A stretch of 50,188 nt of DNA, taken from Streblomastix strix. Taxonomy: Eukaryota. The position numbers and the translations under genes are program-made. Location: contig SNRW01000006.1 in the NCBI GenBank assembly GCA_008636045.1, forward strand, positions 1-50,188. The letters are read 5' to 3'. Positions 24,772 through 40,000 of this stretch are shown here, one piece after another; position 1 is the stretch's first letter; each line of letters opens with the position of its first letter. Under the pieces are notes generated by a model. It worked only from the letters and a program-made list of their open reading frames with translations, did not search any database and was not told the DNA's origin.

Positions 24772-27080
24772 ATGGAAGCTATAAAAGAAGGAGGAGGTTT
24801 TATATATTTTTATGTACAAATCAATAAATATTTTAAATCATTTTAAACTCTTTTTTGAATAGATGAGGATAATTACGATGAAGGGATTAATTAATAACAG
24901 CGAAAAAATATGCCTGAATATGAAAATATTGTTATTGATCTTCAATATCCAAGGATTAAACCAGCAGATGGAAAATTAACAAAAGTAGCATAATCACAAG
25001 TTGATGACAAGCCTACTAGACCAATAATGTTGGAGACAGCACCTCCAACATCTATTCAAAACTAAGGATTAAAGATTAACCGTGATTATCAATAAGAGCG
25101 TTTGATACAATATTTTTTCAATTCCATTTAGAAGTTTCAATTAATTATTTTTTGCATAGTTATGACCAAATCAATTTAGTATGGAGAAATAGCACTTCGT
25201 CCTAGAAGGTTCAGAAAATAAAAAACGCAAAATTTAATAAATATTATTAATTATATTTCCAAAAATTAATCTATTTTTTTTTTCGATATTATATTTTCTT
25301 TTATTTAATTAATTTAAATAATAATAATGAATATATTAAAGACATGATGACGATAATGTTTTTGAAAGACTTTACCAATTGCATGAGGATTAGATCGTGA
25401 AAAATATTATTGAATAAAGTAAAGAAATTTAATTAGCAAAAGATGAAGAATAGAAAAAATTGAAATTGAAAGAACCATAGAAGAAGAAGATAAGAAGAAA
25501 GAAGTAAATCAATTAAAATGAAGATTATATGAAATAAGGAGAAGATGAATAAGATTAAGAAGAATGGGAAGAGATTGAAGTTGATGATATAAATGAATCT
25601 GCACTAAGACTTTATTCTCTTCGTTTGATAATTAATAGCTTATTATATTTATATTTATATTTATATTTTATTATAATTATTATCTATTAATGTTTATATG
25701 AATTAGATAAAGAAAGACAAAATAGAATGAATTTAATAAGGGAATAATAAGAATAAGTTATGAAGTCTATGAGTATACCATAAATAAATCCAGACTCAAA
25801 GGAAATTGCAAAGCATCTTCCACCTACACAAGTTAAACTTGCATTTAAAAGGGCAATCACACCTATTGTTAGAACCCGTTAATAAAAAGAAGAAGGAGAA
25901 AGTATTAAATTAATTATTTTAATTATCATATTATTATTCTTTAATATTTCATAATCTTATTCTATATAAATAGAACTAGCAAGAGATAAACCAGATCCAG
26001 AATGTTCATTCAAACCAAAGATTAATATTCCATCTTCATCAACTTCTTCTATTACTAATAATTAATTAAATATGAAACATAATTAATTCACTTCATCTTA
26101 ATATTAGTCTTAATTATCTGATATATTAAATGAACCATAAACAGAATAAAGATATTTAATTCTTTATAGAAAAGATAAAGAAATAAAAGAAAAAATCGAG
26201 AAATAAAGATTACAGTAATAAAAAGAAGAGACAAAGGATTTAGGAAAACCAAAGTTATTATAAACTAATGATGTGAACTAAAGGTAAACGGAAAATATAT
26301 TTATTTAAAATTCTGAATTTTAAAATAATTTTCATTTTTCATTATTTTAATTTGCTTCAAGTCTTATTTCATAAGATAGAGGCTTTTTATAACGTAATTA
26401 AGAATGGCGTGAAAGAACTTAGTAAAGATAAGAGATTATGAAACAAGCCAATCTATTAGAATTAGTCGGTGGATTACCATTTACTCCTCAGATAAATAAA
26501 GTATAATATATTATTTATATAATTTATATAATTTATATAATTTAATATTAATATTATGAAATATAAAATGTAAATTATAATTTATCTATATTTTATAAAT
26601 AAAATAATGTTCCTATATAATTAAATATTTTCAAATATTTGCAATTCAATATAAATTATTCGTTTTGATATTTTTGTTAAGACAATCAAAGCACCAGAGA
26701 CTGATATAGAAACATGGAAATAGACATAACTCGGAGTTAGTGAATATCTTGAAAGACAAAAAAAAGTATTTATTTACTTATTTGATTTACTAAATATTAC
26801 ATTTATACTAACATTTTTCTAATGTACAAATAGGCATAGATATTCAAATAGTAAAAACCATCAATTAATGAAGAAATCAAATACCCAAGACCAGTTACTT
26901 AATTCAAAGAGTTCTCTATTGGAAAACACCATGTAGAAGTAAAGTCAACAAAAAGGGTATTATTCCTCATTTAAATTAAAATTAATAATATTTTACTATT
27001 TTAATTTAAAATAGCCTGTTAGTGCACTATACATCATTCCGAGGAAGACAACAAACATTGCTCATGAAAATAATGGGTGA
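24772..27080 (+). CDS. Multi-exon coiled-coil protein with FxPxIN-type repeats, possibly microtubule-associated
   Basis: Starts MEAIKEGG, has about nine GT-AG introns, and contains repeats VFERLYQ, SIPQINPDSK, ECSFKPKIN and LPFTPQINK. Ends HENNG-TGA. The function is an inference. Confidence 0.72.
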
Positions 27081-28002
27081 TTCAACATTAATTTATGGTA
27101 AAATAATGGGTTGAATAAATTCACAAATGTTCAAAATATAATAATAAATTATTCAGAGCAAAATATCTATATATTTACGATTTCTATATGTTTTAGATCT
27201 TAAAAAAGTTAAAACTTGAATTTCTATTATATTTAGTTCCATTTAAACGTAATAATAATGCATTTTTTGTTTGAAATCTTTTTAATATTGTAAAAACTGA
27301 TCTGTAGGTATCGAGAAAATTGTATTCCAAATCAAAAACTATTTGCTCACGTTCTAGAAGTCACAAGAAATTTCAAGTTTGAAAATACATAATTTACTTT
27401 ATGAATTATATTTATCTATTTGAATTACAACACCAATAATCAAAATAATTATCCACAGACTCGGATTAAAGAAATAAATAATTCATGTTTTCCCAGCATA
27501 TACTCAATCTTTTAAGTGCTGCTTACTTATTTAATTCATTTATAAAATATATATCTTTGCACTTTTATATATATTAAACGATATTTTAACTCTATAACAC
27601 CACAAAACTATGTCGATTATTTATTCACAAAAACGCATGCGGTGCACGCTCTAATAAGTACAACAAAATATAATATATATATTTAAAAAATATTCCATAT
27701 TTTCATGTTATTACATATAATATTAACACTTTATAGAATTTGAATCTCCTCGCGAAGAACATCAAATTATTTTTCCTTTTATCGCCAATTTTCATTGAAT
27801 ATCTTTATAGAAACAATACATGAACTAAAAATTCAATAATTTATAACATTAATTTTATTTTCTTCAAACTCATTTACAAAACCTGTTTAATATATTATAA
27901 ACTATTGAATATTACGCTCGTATTTGAATTATTACTAATTATAACAAGATTTGTTTAATTTTACTTAATATTTTATTTGTTTTTTTGCTATTATGAAGTA
28001 AA

Positions 28003-31000
28003 ATGTTTCAGCATCCTGCAGATGTTCCAGTTGATGATATTCTGGAAGATTTGTAGAAAAAGATTAAAGAGGCTCAGAGTTTGTCTAATGATGATCTCTC
28101 CGAAAAACTGCAGAAAGCACATGAGGATGCATTAATCAAAATGAGAGAAACAAATAAGGCACTGAAGAAAAAGAAGTTGATAAACATTTTATCTTTATTT
28201 TTTTTTACTTAACAATATTTTTCTATTTTTTCCGCAACAGAGATTTGAATGACAAATAAATTCAGAAATGGTAAGAAGGACTGCAATAAACATTATAATT
28301 GCTTTAAATATCAGCCAGATAATCAGGAAAAGGAAAATATTTCTATCGTTATGTTGATATCTTCTTTCCATACAATAAAAATAAATTCATGAAAGATTAA
28401 TCTTAATAATCTTCATCATAAAAACACACATAAAATTTAATTAATCGTACTCCAATTAAGGGAAAGAAAGTTGCATTAGATGATATTCATATCATTTTAG
28501 CAAATTCTCTTTAATAATCATAAATATTAGAAAATTTATAGAATTATATAAGTGAAATAAATAATAAAGTGTAAAGAGAGGAGATTAGCTTATCACTTCA
28601 AGATCTTTCAAAATTCTTAAAGCCTTTTTATTCAGTTTGCTATTATTGTTTTGCATTATTTATTATTTTATTTATTAATATTTTAATTCTTATATTAATA
28701 TAGGTATCAATTGCATTTTCAAATGAATCTAAAAAAAATTTTACTAAAATTGTGAACAAATTAATGGATATGTTATAATCAAATTCAATTCTATCTTCAT
28801 TAACATAATATGATGTTTAAATTAGATTACATAAATTCTTAAAAAGATTAGAAATTGTGCATTATAATAGTTTTAATAAATAATAATAAACTTTGGAATA
28901 AAGGATATAAAATTCATATTAATTTGAAATATAAATATTCTATTTAGCTCTATCTATGATTGATAAAGATTATAAATAATATATTCATATTGTTTTATTT
29001 GGCATTTCTCTTCTTGTTCTATTCTTCAAATCCATAGAAAACATTTAATAATTTAATTAATTTGAATAAGTCAAAACTAAAATGACAAATAATACATTTT
29101 ATGTTACTCCTATTTAAAATAAATTCTGCATTTAATAAATATAATAATAAACTAAGAAACAAAAGAAGGATTGGGAAGATAATGATGAAATATAATCAAG
29201 ATCATCAACAAGGAATAGTTTATTTACTAATAATTCATCTTCACAGAATTAATCTCCTTCAATTACCCCTAATTCTATTTCTTCATTTAATTCACAACAT
29301 TAATCTCATCAGAAGTCTTAATATTAATATACAGTGATATCTCAGATACAATAATAAAAAGATAAGCAGTAATAACTTTTATAATAATCATAATAAAAGA
29401 TATAAAAGAATTTTGAAGTAGAATAGGATGATCAAGAAGATGATTAACAATAAATATAAATTGAAATTAATCTTAATGATGAATATATAAAAAAGAAGAC
29501 TATTGATATAGATAAAATTAAAAATCTAAATATATATAAAATTATTGATCCATTTACATTAAATGATTAAAATATTTCTAAATTAATTAATTTTAAATAA
29601 TTGTGTATATATTTATTGTCAATACACAATAATTTAAAATAGCAAATAAAAGAAAAAGAAGAAATAAAAAATAAAGAAGAATAGTCAGTAGAAAAAGAAG
29701 TGATTTAAAAAGGAAAAGAGAAAGAAAAACAAATTGAAAATAAAAAAGTGAAAAATAAACATAAATATAAAGAATATCAGGTTATTAATGACTAATAATA
29801 ATTTAATTTTGAAATAAAATAGGATTTGAATTTTATTCCTTTAAATGAAAATGAATAAATTCTAAAAGAAATAGAAGATCTTTAATTATCAATATAAAAA
29901 ATATTATTTATTCTAATAATAATAGCTAAATTCTACTAATTAGATTCAGATATAATAATTGATATATTAATATTAGCTGGTAATAGAAAAGCATTTATTT
30001 TACAATCTTAATATTTAATTGGAGAAAAATAATAACCAAATAGTTTTACTCTAGAAGAATAAGACAGTCGAATAAACATAAAAAGAAAAAGAAATGAAAT
30101 TGAAAAAAGCAGATGGAAGGGAGAAAGTGAAAAGAGTAATGAAATTAATTTAGTGAACAAAAGATTATAATTATAAACATATGAGAAAAAATAAGAGAAA
30201 ATTAAAGAAAATGTTAAAGAGAAAGAAAATGAGATTGAAAAAGAAAAAGATTCAGAATAAGATCAAGAATAAGAAATAAGTAAAGAATAATATAATATTA
30301 ATAAAGATATTACTTTCTTAAGGCAATGTTTAGAAAATAAGAATGAAAATGAAATTGGTCAAATATTAAGTTGTCTAACAATGAGGTGGGCTGAAAGATT
30401 GGCTGTAGTTGTTTTTGGTCATCCATCACCTGGGTACTCTTCTGAATAATTATCTCAATAACATACATTATATTAAGCTATTTCATTTTATTAAAGATAT
30501 TCAAATAATGCTCTCTCTGAAACAATGACTTTAAATGAATTCAATATTCTTAATGAAATATACAACATATTTAAGAATAAGCATGTTTAGAGTTTACAAA
30601 ATGATTCTAACAAAGGATAATCTGAAAGTGAAGGTGAAAAAAGAGAAATTTTGAAAGAAAAAAAGGGAGAAGAAGTGAAATAAATAAATAAGGAATAATC
30701 CTAAAAGATAAGTATGTCAAAACCAACACCATTGAAACCAGGATAATCAATAAATTAATAATAATAAATCACTACACAATCACCCTCAAAAATATAATCA
30801 TAACAATAAATTAGCAAATAACATAAATAATATAATATATTAGATTGGTGTATAAATATATTTTTCTCATTAATTTCATCTCCACTAAATTCATTACAAT
30901 TAGCTAGATAATTACCAAAGTTTATAATGACTGGAATTCCTAAATTAAGTTAGTTAATTAATTTTGTGAGAGAAGTTGAGTTGCAAATGGAAGGATAAGG

Positions 31001-34000
31001 AATAAGAGTAATTTAGAACGAAGAGAAGAAGAAAGAAGAAGACCAAGTTAAAAGGAAAGATGAAATAATTAAGAAGGATAAAAAAGGAGATAAAAAAGAT
31101 AAATAATACATTGAATAATCAGATCAAGGAAATTAAAATCACGAATTGTTATCTTCTGCATCATCCTCATCATTATAGTCATATTAACAATTATTATAAT
31201 AATACAACTCTAATGATATACTGAATTTTATTATTTTATAGTAATAAGGAAGAAGTGTGGATTAATTAATATATCATCAATGCTTATAAATAATATGCAA
31301 TTATTATTCTTAAATATATGTTTTAAATGAAGATAATTTAAAAGAAGAATTGTTAAGAATAAAAATGTAAATATAAAATGGGAATTCACCTACATCTTTT
31401 TCTTTAATAGCAATTAATATCTTTGATGGATATGAAAGATAAAATAATGATGCTCTAAATAAGTAATAATAATAATACATGTAATATGAAATATAATAAA
31501 ATTAGGAACAATAATAATCCCCATCTAAATAACTTTCATTTTCTCCATAAAGATCTAATCATTCAATATAATAATAATAATAAATGCAACCATAACAACA
31601 AATATAAATATAACCACTTGCTTCTCTTGAAATTGATATTAAATAATAATTGTAAGTCTAGAATTAAAACTCGAATAAATAATTAGAATTATTAAATAAA
31701 TTAAAAGTATAAAAAGACAAAAGAATTGGGGAAATGATTGATTAAATTTAAATTATTGACGTTGTTATAAGAAGTTTGGATAGATTGCATAGAAGTATTA
31801 GTATATGGGTTGCATATTTGTATTAGAACTATATTTATGATGAATAAATAGGCGAAAGGGAGAAATTGAAGAAGACTGAATAAAATTAATCATCTAAATA
31901 ATTTTCTAATATTTCTCATTATCTTGAATCACACCTTCCTTTTCTTCATTCATTATCTAAATAGCATTCTTCTATTTAATAATATTATAATAACACAGTA
32001 TAATAAATAAATAAATAAATTTATAATAAGATAAATTATTCATAATAACATTTATAATCTAATTTAAATTATCATCAATTTGGTTGTTTTGAATATTAAA
32101 CTCATTTTAACATAATTAATGTTCTTATTCAATATATTGTAAGTTATTTTTGCTAAGCAAAAGGATATTAATATAATGTTTATAATAATAGATCAAAATT
32201 TATTGATAATAATTTGAACTGTACTAAAAATGAGATTTAATAACAAATAATTAGTAAGAGATAATTTGGAATATTTTATAGAAAATAAATAAAAATTAAT
32301 GAAATTATGAATGAAAATGAAATAATTTCTGGAAATAAAGATGAAGAATAGGAATTATTAAATATATAAGATATTAATAATAAATAGAATAATTATTAGA
32401 TTATGCGAACAACTTCCCCTTTGAAATAAAACTCTTCACCATCATCAATATCATATAGTTAATAATAATAATAATAATAATCTTAATAATTATAATCAAA
32501 TATATTAAATTCTAGTCATTCAGTTTCTTTTTCTAAAATTCCATTATTATTTTCTCATTCATTTCAATTTCCTTCATAATCTTCTTCCTTGTATTATTCA
32601 TTCCCTTCTCCTAATATGTTTATTTAAGATAATTACTTGTTAGTTAANNNNNNNNNNNNNNNNNNNNNNNNNNNNNNNNNNNNNNNNNNNNNNNNNNNNN
32701 NNNNNNNNNNNNNNNNNNNNNNNNNNNNNNNNNNNNNNNNNNNNNNNCAGTTTCTTTTTCTAAAATTCCATTATTATTTTCTCATTCATTTCAATTTCCT
32801 TCATAATCTTCTTCCTTGTATTATTCATTCCCTTCTCCTAATATGTTTATTTAAGATAATTACTTGTTAGTTAATATTTGGAACGTGTGTGTAAGAGGCT
32901 CTTTTACAAAATAAGAATAGATTTAAGGGTTAGAAACATTTGAAGCTATTGTTGATTAATTTTCTTATAATTAATCGTTTATTTTACATTAATAATAAAA
33001 AACTTAAGAAATGGAATTAAAGGAGAATAAAAATTAATCAACTTAGCCTTCTCACATGCATAAACATAAACATGAATAATAATAATATTCACAGCAATAA
33101 TCATAAACCATTAAAAAATAAATGTATAATGGTTCATTTAATGAAGATATTCTATAATAATTTAGAGAAATTTGCTAATCATTTATGAAATTTCCACCTT
33201 TCATTTAATTTACTGATTATTTTATAAAATCAACAAGTTCTTTATTATCAGAAACATTATAAAATGATATTAATTATTAAGAATTTCCTCAATCATCATT
33301 TTAATTTTCATCATAATAATAATAGTTTGTCGCATCAATTCCACATAATCTAGAATTTATCTTAAGAATATTCTCAATAATACATATTTAATAAATTTAA
33401 GAGCATAATTATTCTTTATTTATATCTTTATTTACGATAATTAACAAAAACAGAATAATATAAAATGAAAATGAAAATGGAATAGATTGTTTTAATAATG
33501 AAAGTGATGATGGAGATGAATATGAATATGAAAAAGAAGAAAGTGAAAATAGAAGAATAAATAAACAAAGAAGTGATATATTAAACAGACAATGGAAGTG
33601 GAATATTAATGGAGATGAAATAGTGAATGAAGAAGAGAATTTGAAATAATTATAATAAAGTAAATTAATTAATAATCTTCAAACGTTTGATGAAATAAAA
33701 AAGAAAGATAATCATTTAATAAATGGAACATTAATTAATTAAGATGAACAAAAATAATTATTTAATTAATAATAAGAAATATCAAATATTTTAATTGGTT
33801 ATAATAATATTTGGGAAGCTTGCATAAATTGGTTTATTGATGTTGAAGGAATAAAATAATAAATATTTAAATTTACTGAAAATTAGATTAAATAAATAAA
33901 AACATTATATAAATAATATTAAAATGAAATAAATGAAAAAAAGAATATGGAAAAAGAGAGCAAAAAAGATAAAAAAGAAGAAAACAAGAAAGAATAATTA

Positions 34001-37000
34001 GGTGATAAAGAAGATAAGAAAAGGAATAAAGATAAAAATGAAGAGTAATAATCCTAGTAATAAATCTAATCAATATTTGGTTAATTCGGAAATGAATATA
34101 TTGGTGTAATTTTAGCTGTATCTGAATAATTAAGCCATTAATAATAATAGCTTCAATTAAATCAAAATAATTATAATATGTAAAATTAACATAAGCTTTC
34201 ATTTCACTCATTATAATCAAATAACGATGCATTTTATACAATAATTAAATTACTATAAATGAATGTAGATAATAATTATGAAAAAGATGATGAGATTAAA
34301 TAAAACAATAATATTGGATAGAGAGATTTAAGTGAGAATGAACAAGAAGAAGGAAATGAATATAATTAATAATAAATTCATACTAAATTATAATATACTT
34401 TATCTTCATAATAATATTCTTTTTCTTAGTAATCAATTTAATAGTAAATTATAAACAAAAGAAAGAAAAATATAATCAATGATTATTATAATAGAATTTA
34501 ACTATTAATAATACTAGCAAATGAAAGCAATAAATAAATAATGTAATACAATATAATCCCTGGTTAATTTGAACAATAATAGACCTTATTATATTGTATA
34601 AAAGTTGGAATTGGATATTTATTGACTTTTTAATAACCTTAATATCAATAATTATTATAAATTAGTAATAATTAAACACAAGAAAAAGAATTATCCACTT
34701 TCCTTTCTTAAAATCTTTCATATCAATTATTATAATAATAATCTTCTTAATCTTCCTAACCCAAATCAAAAACATTTATTGACAAATTATAACAAATATC
34801 AATATTATAATAATAATAACAAACTGAAAATCAACATTTATCAAAAAGAAAAACAAAATCTTAAATTTTTTCTGATTAATAATAATAATAATAAAATGCT
34901 CAATTATAATAAATAAATATGTAATATATAATATCAAGATTTAATTTATCGAATTAATAAAATAAAATAATGAACTCATTATTAATATTGAGTGATTTAT
35001 TAGGGTTATGTAGACGATATCATAATCCTTATGAAATTGTTAATATTCCCTTATTTTCATAATAATAAGTATAACTTAAATCAAGTTTTAATCCTCCTTT
35101 TATATCTTCAATCTCGTTGCTTCCTTAGATAAAATTCTTAACATCATTATAAATTAAAGTAAATGAAGGAGAGGGGAATATTAAAATTAACATTTCTTAT
35201 TCTGATTGCGTTTAATGTTTAAGAATAAGAATTGCTAAATATTTTAATTGTTTGTATGAAGATGTTAGAATAATATACAAAGATTAAGATATTACATATG
35301 AATATGCTGCTAATAGAAATAGAAGAAAGATCATTAATTAATAGTCATTAAACAAAGAAGGAAAAGATAATAATAATTAAGAATATACAAAAGGTTAAGG
35401 GCTCCCATTGATACTAAGATTTGGGTTAAATAATTTATAGTATTTATCTTCATTAGTTCCTCATTAATATTCATTTCACGTATTAAGACCAAATGAAACA
35501 TTCGAATAATATATTGAATAAGAATAAAGTGAAAATTTGAGGAATAAATAATTATTGAATTAATAAAGTTAAATAAGCAAATAATAGCATCATTTAATTT
35601 CACCAATTAAACAAGAATAGTAATCAATTTCTCCTTCCCATCAAGTACAGCAAAATAATAATAATAATTGAACTGAATCTCCATTATTCATCTCACATGT
35701 TTCGTAATTTGGATAAGATCCAATTATTTCTCCTTTTGAAATACGAAATATTGATCAAATAAAATAAATGCCTAAACGATCTCTTTCAACACATTCACAA
35801 CATTCTAATTCTTCTTGTTAATTACTTCAGCAGTAATAATTAAGTCAAAAACAAACAAATTAATAATAATCTTACTATATTCAATAGAAAATAGATCTGT
35901 CATAGCCAATAGATCCACTTATATATCCTCATTTATTTTATAAGTAGAATTTATATTAATATGAAGATGATTATGATTATATTATTTAAAATAACACTGA
36001 TAATGAAAACGGAGAAAGAGAATATAAAGCTGAGAATATATTTGAGAAAATGGTAAAAATTGAGGCATTTTAATAGACAATAAAAATAAAAACATAATCA
36101 CAGTAATATTAATAATAATAGCAATATTTTATTCCTTCATTCACAGCTTCATCTTCTTCTATTATATCAATTCTATATTCACTTTCCTAATCTCTTCCTC
36201 GTCTTATTAATATTATTAGGTATATATTCTCATTTTTTCATATTTAATAAATATTATTCTCGTTAATTCGCCATTCACAATAATAAATAGATTGGAATTA
36301 AATATTTTTTTCTGAATTAAAAGAAATTTAATATTAATTTTAATAATGTGGAATGCGGATTGGGTTTATATTTAACAATAATGAATATGAAAATGAATTT
36401 AATTCTAATTTGGAAAGAAAAGATAAAGACAATATAGATAATAAACAATTAAATTAAGAAGGAGGAGAAGATTTTGAATGGAAAAAAACGTTAATAAATA
36501 TAAATAAAATATAATAACAACACAAAATAATATTATAAAGAAATTTAGAAGAAATAGAAAGAATGATTAAAATTACAGATTAACAATATTATTAAGATGT
36601 AATCCAATAATTCAAAGTAAAAAAAGATGTAAGAGAACGAATAAATCAATTATATTCGATGGATTAAATTAATTAAATAATAGAAAAAGATATGAACATA
36701 AAGAAAGTAATTAAAGATATTTAATATAATAAAGATCAAATATAGATTTATGATAATGATTCTGATAATAAGGAAAGGAATGCGAGAAAAGAAGGAAATG
36801 ATAAAAAGAAGGAATTAGAGTAAAATATTGTTTTAAATATTTAAAAACAAAATTATAAATCTTCATCTTCATAATCTTTCCTTTCATCTGATTAACTATC
36901 ATAGTCATCATAATTATAGAATTGGAGATTTAGATTTATTATTAATGGAGGTTTATCTTCTTTAATTTAACTATTTATATATTCTCCACTATCTAATGAA

Positions 37001-40000
37001 TAATTATCAAACGTAAGTGGCATTATAAATATGCAAAATATTAATATGAATAAACTGTAGAAAGAAAATGAATTTAAATTCCATCAATATTAATTTGAAA
37101 ACGATTAATTCATGAATAAATAAAGAGATAATGAAAAAAAGAAATAATAATATATTAACATCTAAAATGAAGTAACAATATTTGCTAATGTTAAAGCTCT
37201 TGTTCAAACTTCATCTTCATCATCATTATTATAAGTCTAAACGGAAGAAGAATAAAAAGTCTTAAATTAATAAATAAAGAAAAATAAAGTTTTTAAAGTG
37301 GAAAAAATGAAATTAGATTTTATTTCACTTATTTTTAATATTATTTTAAAATTAATTATGTAACCAAGAAGATATTCTTCAATTTTATCTAAAACATTAT
37401 ATTAGTAATAATCATAACATTAATTTCTTACTACTTAATCTTCTCCAATTCCCTTCTCCTAATTACTTCCTTCTTTATATTAATCGATATTTGCTTATTC
37501 TTTATCTTTAACACCTTTTCAATCAATTTTAATAATTAAATAGAAAAATGACAAGGGAAAAGCGAATATTTAAGAAAAAGATATATAAAATACCATATAA
37601 TCTTAATCATTCTTATTTTTTTCTAAATTAATATAGCTTGTATTTGCTTTTTCAGAAGAAATATTAATTGAATAACCTTTATTTTTATAGAAATATTAAT
37701 AAATGAAAAAGATATAGAATTTATATAATATCAAAATGTAATATGATGAGATTGAAGAAGATAATTAAACAGATTAATTTGAGAATAAAGAAGAAAATGA
37801 AAATAAAACAAGAAAAGAGTGGAAAGAAGAATTTCCTCACATCGTAATCAGATATTAATATTAATAATCAAATGAAATTAAAATTGAAGAAAATAAGGAA
37901 ACAAAAACATAATAAGATTAATTATAATAATCCATCCATCCTTCATTTATATCACCATTTTATATTAATTCATTATAATATTATTAATATTAATAGTAAA
38001 GGTAATAATATTCATTAGGAGCACTATTAGGAATGGAAGAATAAGAATTTTTTAACCTTTGTAATGAAAGATAAATAGATATAAATGAAAGAAATTCAAT
38101 TAAAGAGTTAGAAAAGAATAATTAAATTAAGAAAGAAGATTAATTATAATTCAAATCAATTGGACAAAATCAATCAGAAATTAATTACACAAAATAAAAT
38201 CAAGAAAATAAAGATCTTCGATTTGCATAAATTGTTTAGAAATATACTTATGAATAATTAGAAACAAAATATTTTTTGTCTCCTATTGTATCTGATTTTA
38301 TTAACCCTGATGTTTTTATTAACAATAATGATATAAAACAAGAAAATTAAAATGAGAATGAACAGAAGAAAGAAAGGAAGAAAGATAAAAATATGAAAGA
38401 TTAATAAAAAAATATAAATATTGAAATGTATAAAATAGTAAGAGATATGATATATAATCCATAATTAGTGTTTCACTCGTAACAATCTCAAAATAATACT
38501 AAAAATAATACATATAGCAATTAAATAAAAGAAGTAAAATAGAATAATAATATAGATATATTCAATGACATTCCATAAATATTATTATAATCATTTATTT
38601 CATAATTATCGTAACAAGCATCAACTGACAATATATATTCAATATTTGCACTTCTTTCTTTATTAATTAAATTTGATAATAACATTTTATATTTAGTTAC
38701 TCAACCACAATTTGATATATATTTGGTTGCTTTAATAATTGTTGTTAGTAGAATGAAATAGAATAATGAAAAAAATAATATTGTTAATAAACGAAATTAG
38801 GTAACAAAATTTGAATAGTATATATAAGAAAACAAAAGTAGAAATTAAGGAGAAATGTTAATTGAATTATTTTTTGATGAAATAAATAGATAATTAGCTT
38901 AGCATTCTTCATAATAGTTTTCTTAGTCATAATAATCATAATTATTCACGCTTCCTTCACCCTCAATGTTCTGTGGAGTTTTATTAAATTAATTATCATT
39001 ATTCTTGCCAACATTGTCTCTTATTCCATAATAATAAATGAGTTCTATATTTATTATTATTTATAATACATTAAAAAGATGTGGAGCAATTTCAATGGAT
39101 TCATATAATTATATTATTAATAAACATATGCCTAATGTTATTGTTTCTTAATATGCTCCAATTATTTATTCATCTACGTATAATCCTTGCATCGATGTAA
39201 ATAGTTAATAATAATTATAGTAGAAAAGATACAGAGATTTAGAAGGAGATTATAATGAATAATAGCACAATTAATAATTAAATAATATTGGTGATAATAT
39301 TAATTGTTAATAGAATAATGATTATTGGGGAAGTAACAATTCAGCTCGACTTATAATAATATTATCAATGTTAATAAGAACATCACATCTTATTTATCCA
39401 CAATTAATAAATAAAAAGTAAATAGAAACAAATAAAACTGATAGTATAAATGATATTAATTAATAAATACTTTTAAAGAATAACCCATCATAAATATCTA
39501 TATCTGATTAATTACAATAATGTCCTTTACAGCCATTTATTTAAAAACCATAATAGCGACTTCTTTTATCCCCTTTTATTTCATATTAAACATTAATTGA
39601 ATGGTTACATATAATGTTATAAGATTTAGAATATAAAAGTATTAATTCAAACGATAACAATTCTTAATAGATTGAACTATAAATAAAAGAATGGATAGGA
39701 CAAGATACAGGATTGGGATTAATTAGACATATATTTAGACATTTCTTAGTTGGATTATCTCCTTTATTGCAAAATTAATTAAAAAATAGACTAATAATCG
39801 AATAATAGTAGTTATTAATATAATAAGGAGAATAGATATAAGGAAAGAGAGAGAAGAAAGAAGACAAAGAAAAGAACATTGGATAAGATTAATAGAAACA
39901 ACAATAAATCATATTTACAACTTTGGATATTAATATATTAAAATAGTAATATTAACAATAACAATTATTATAATAATAAAAGTAATTTTCTTAATCTTAA

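Noticed and set aside
32521..32874. Biological direct repeat or LTR
   Set aside because: It abuts the N gap exactly and is best explained as contig overlap.
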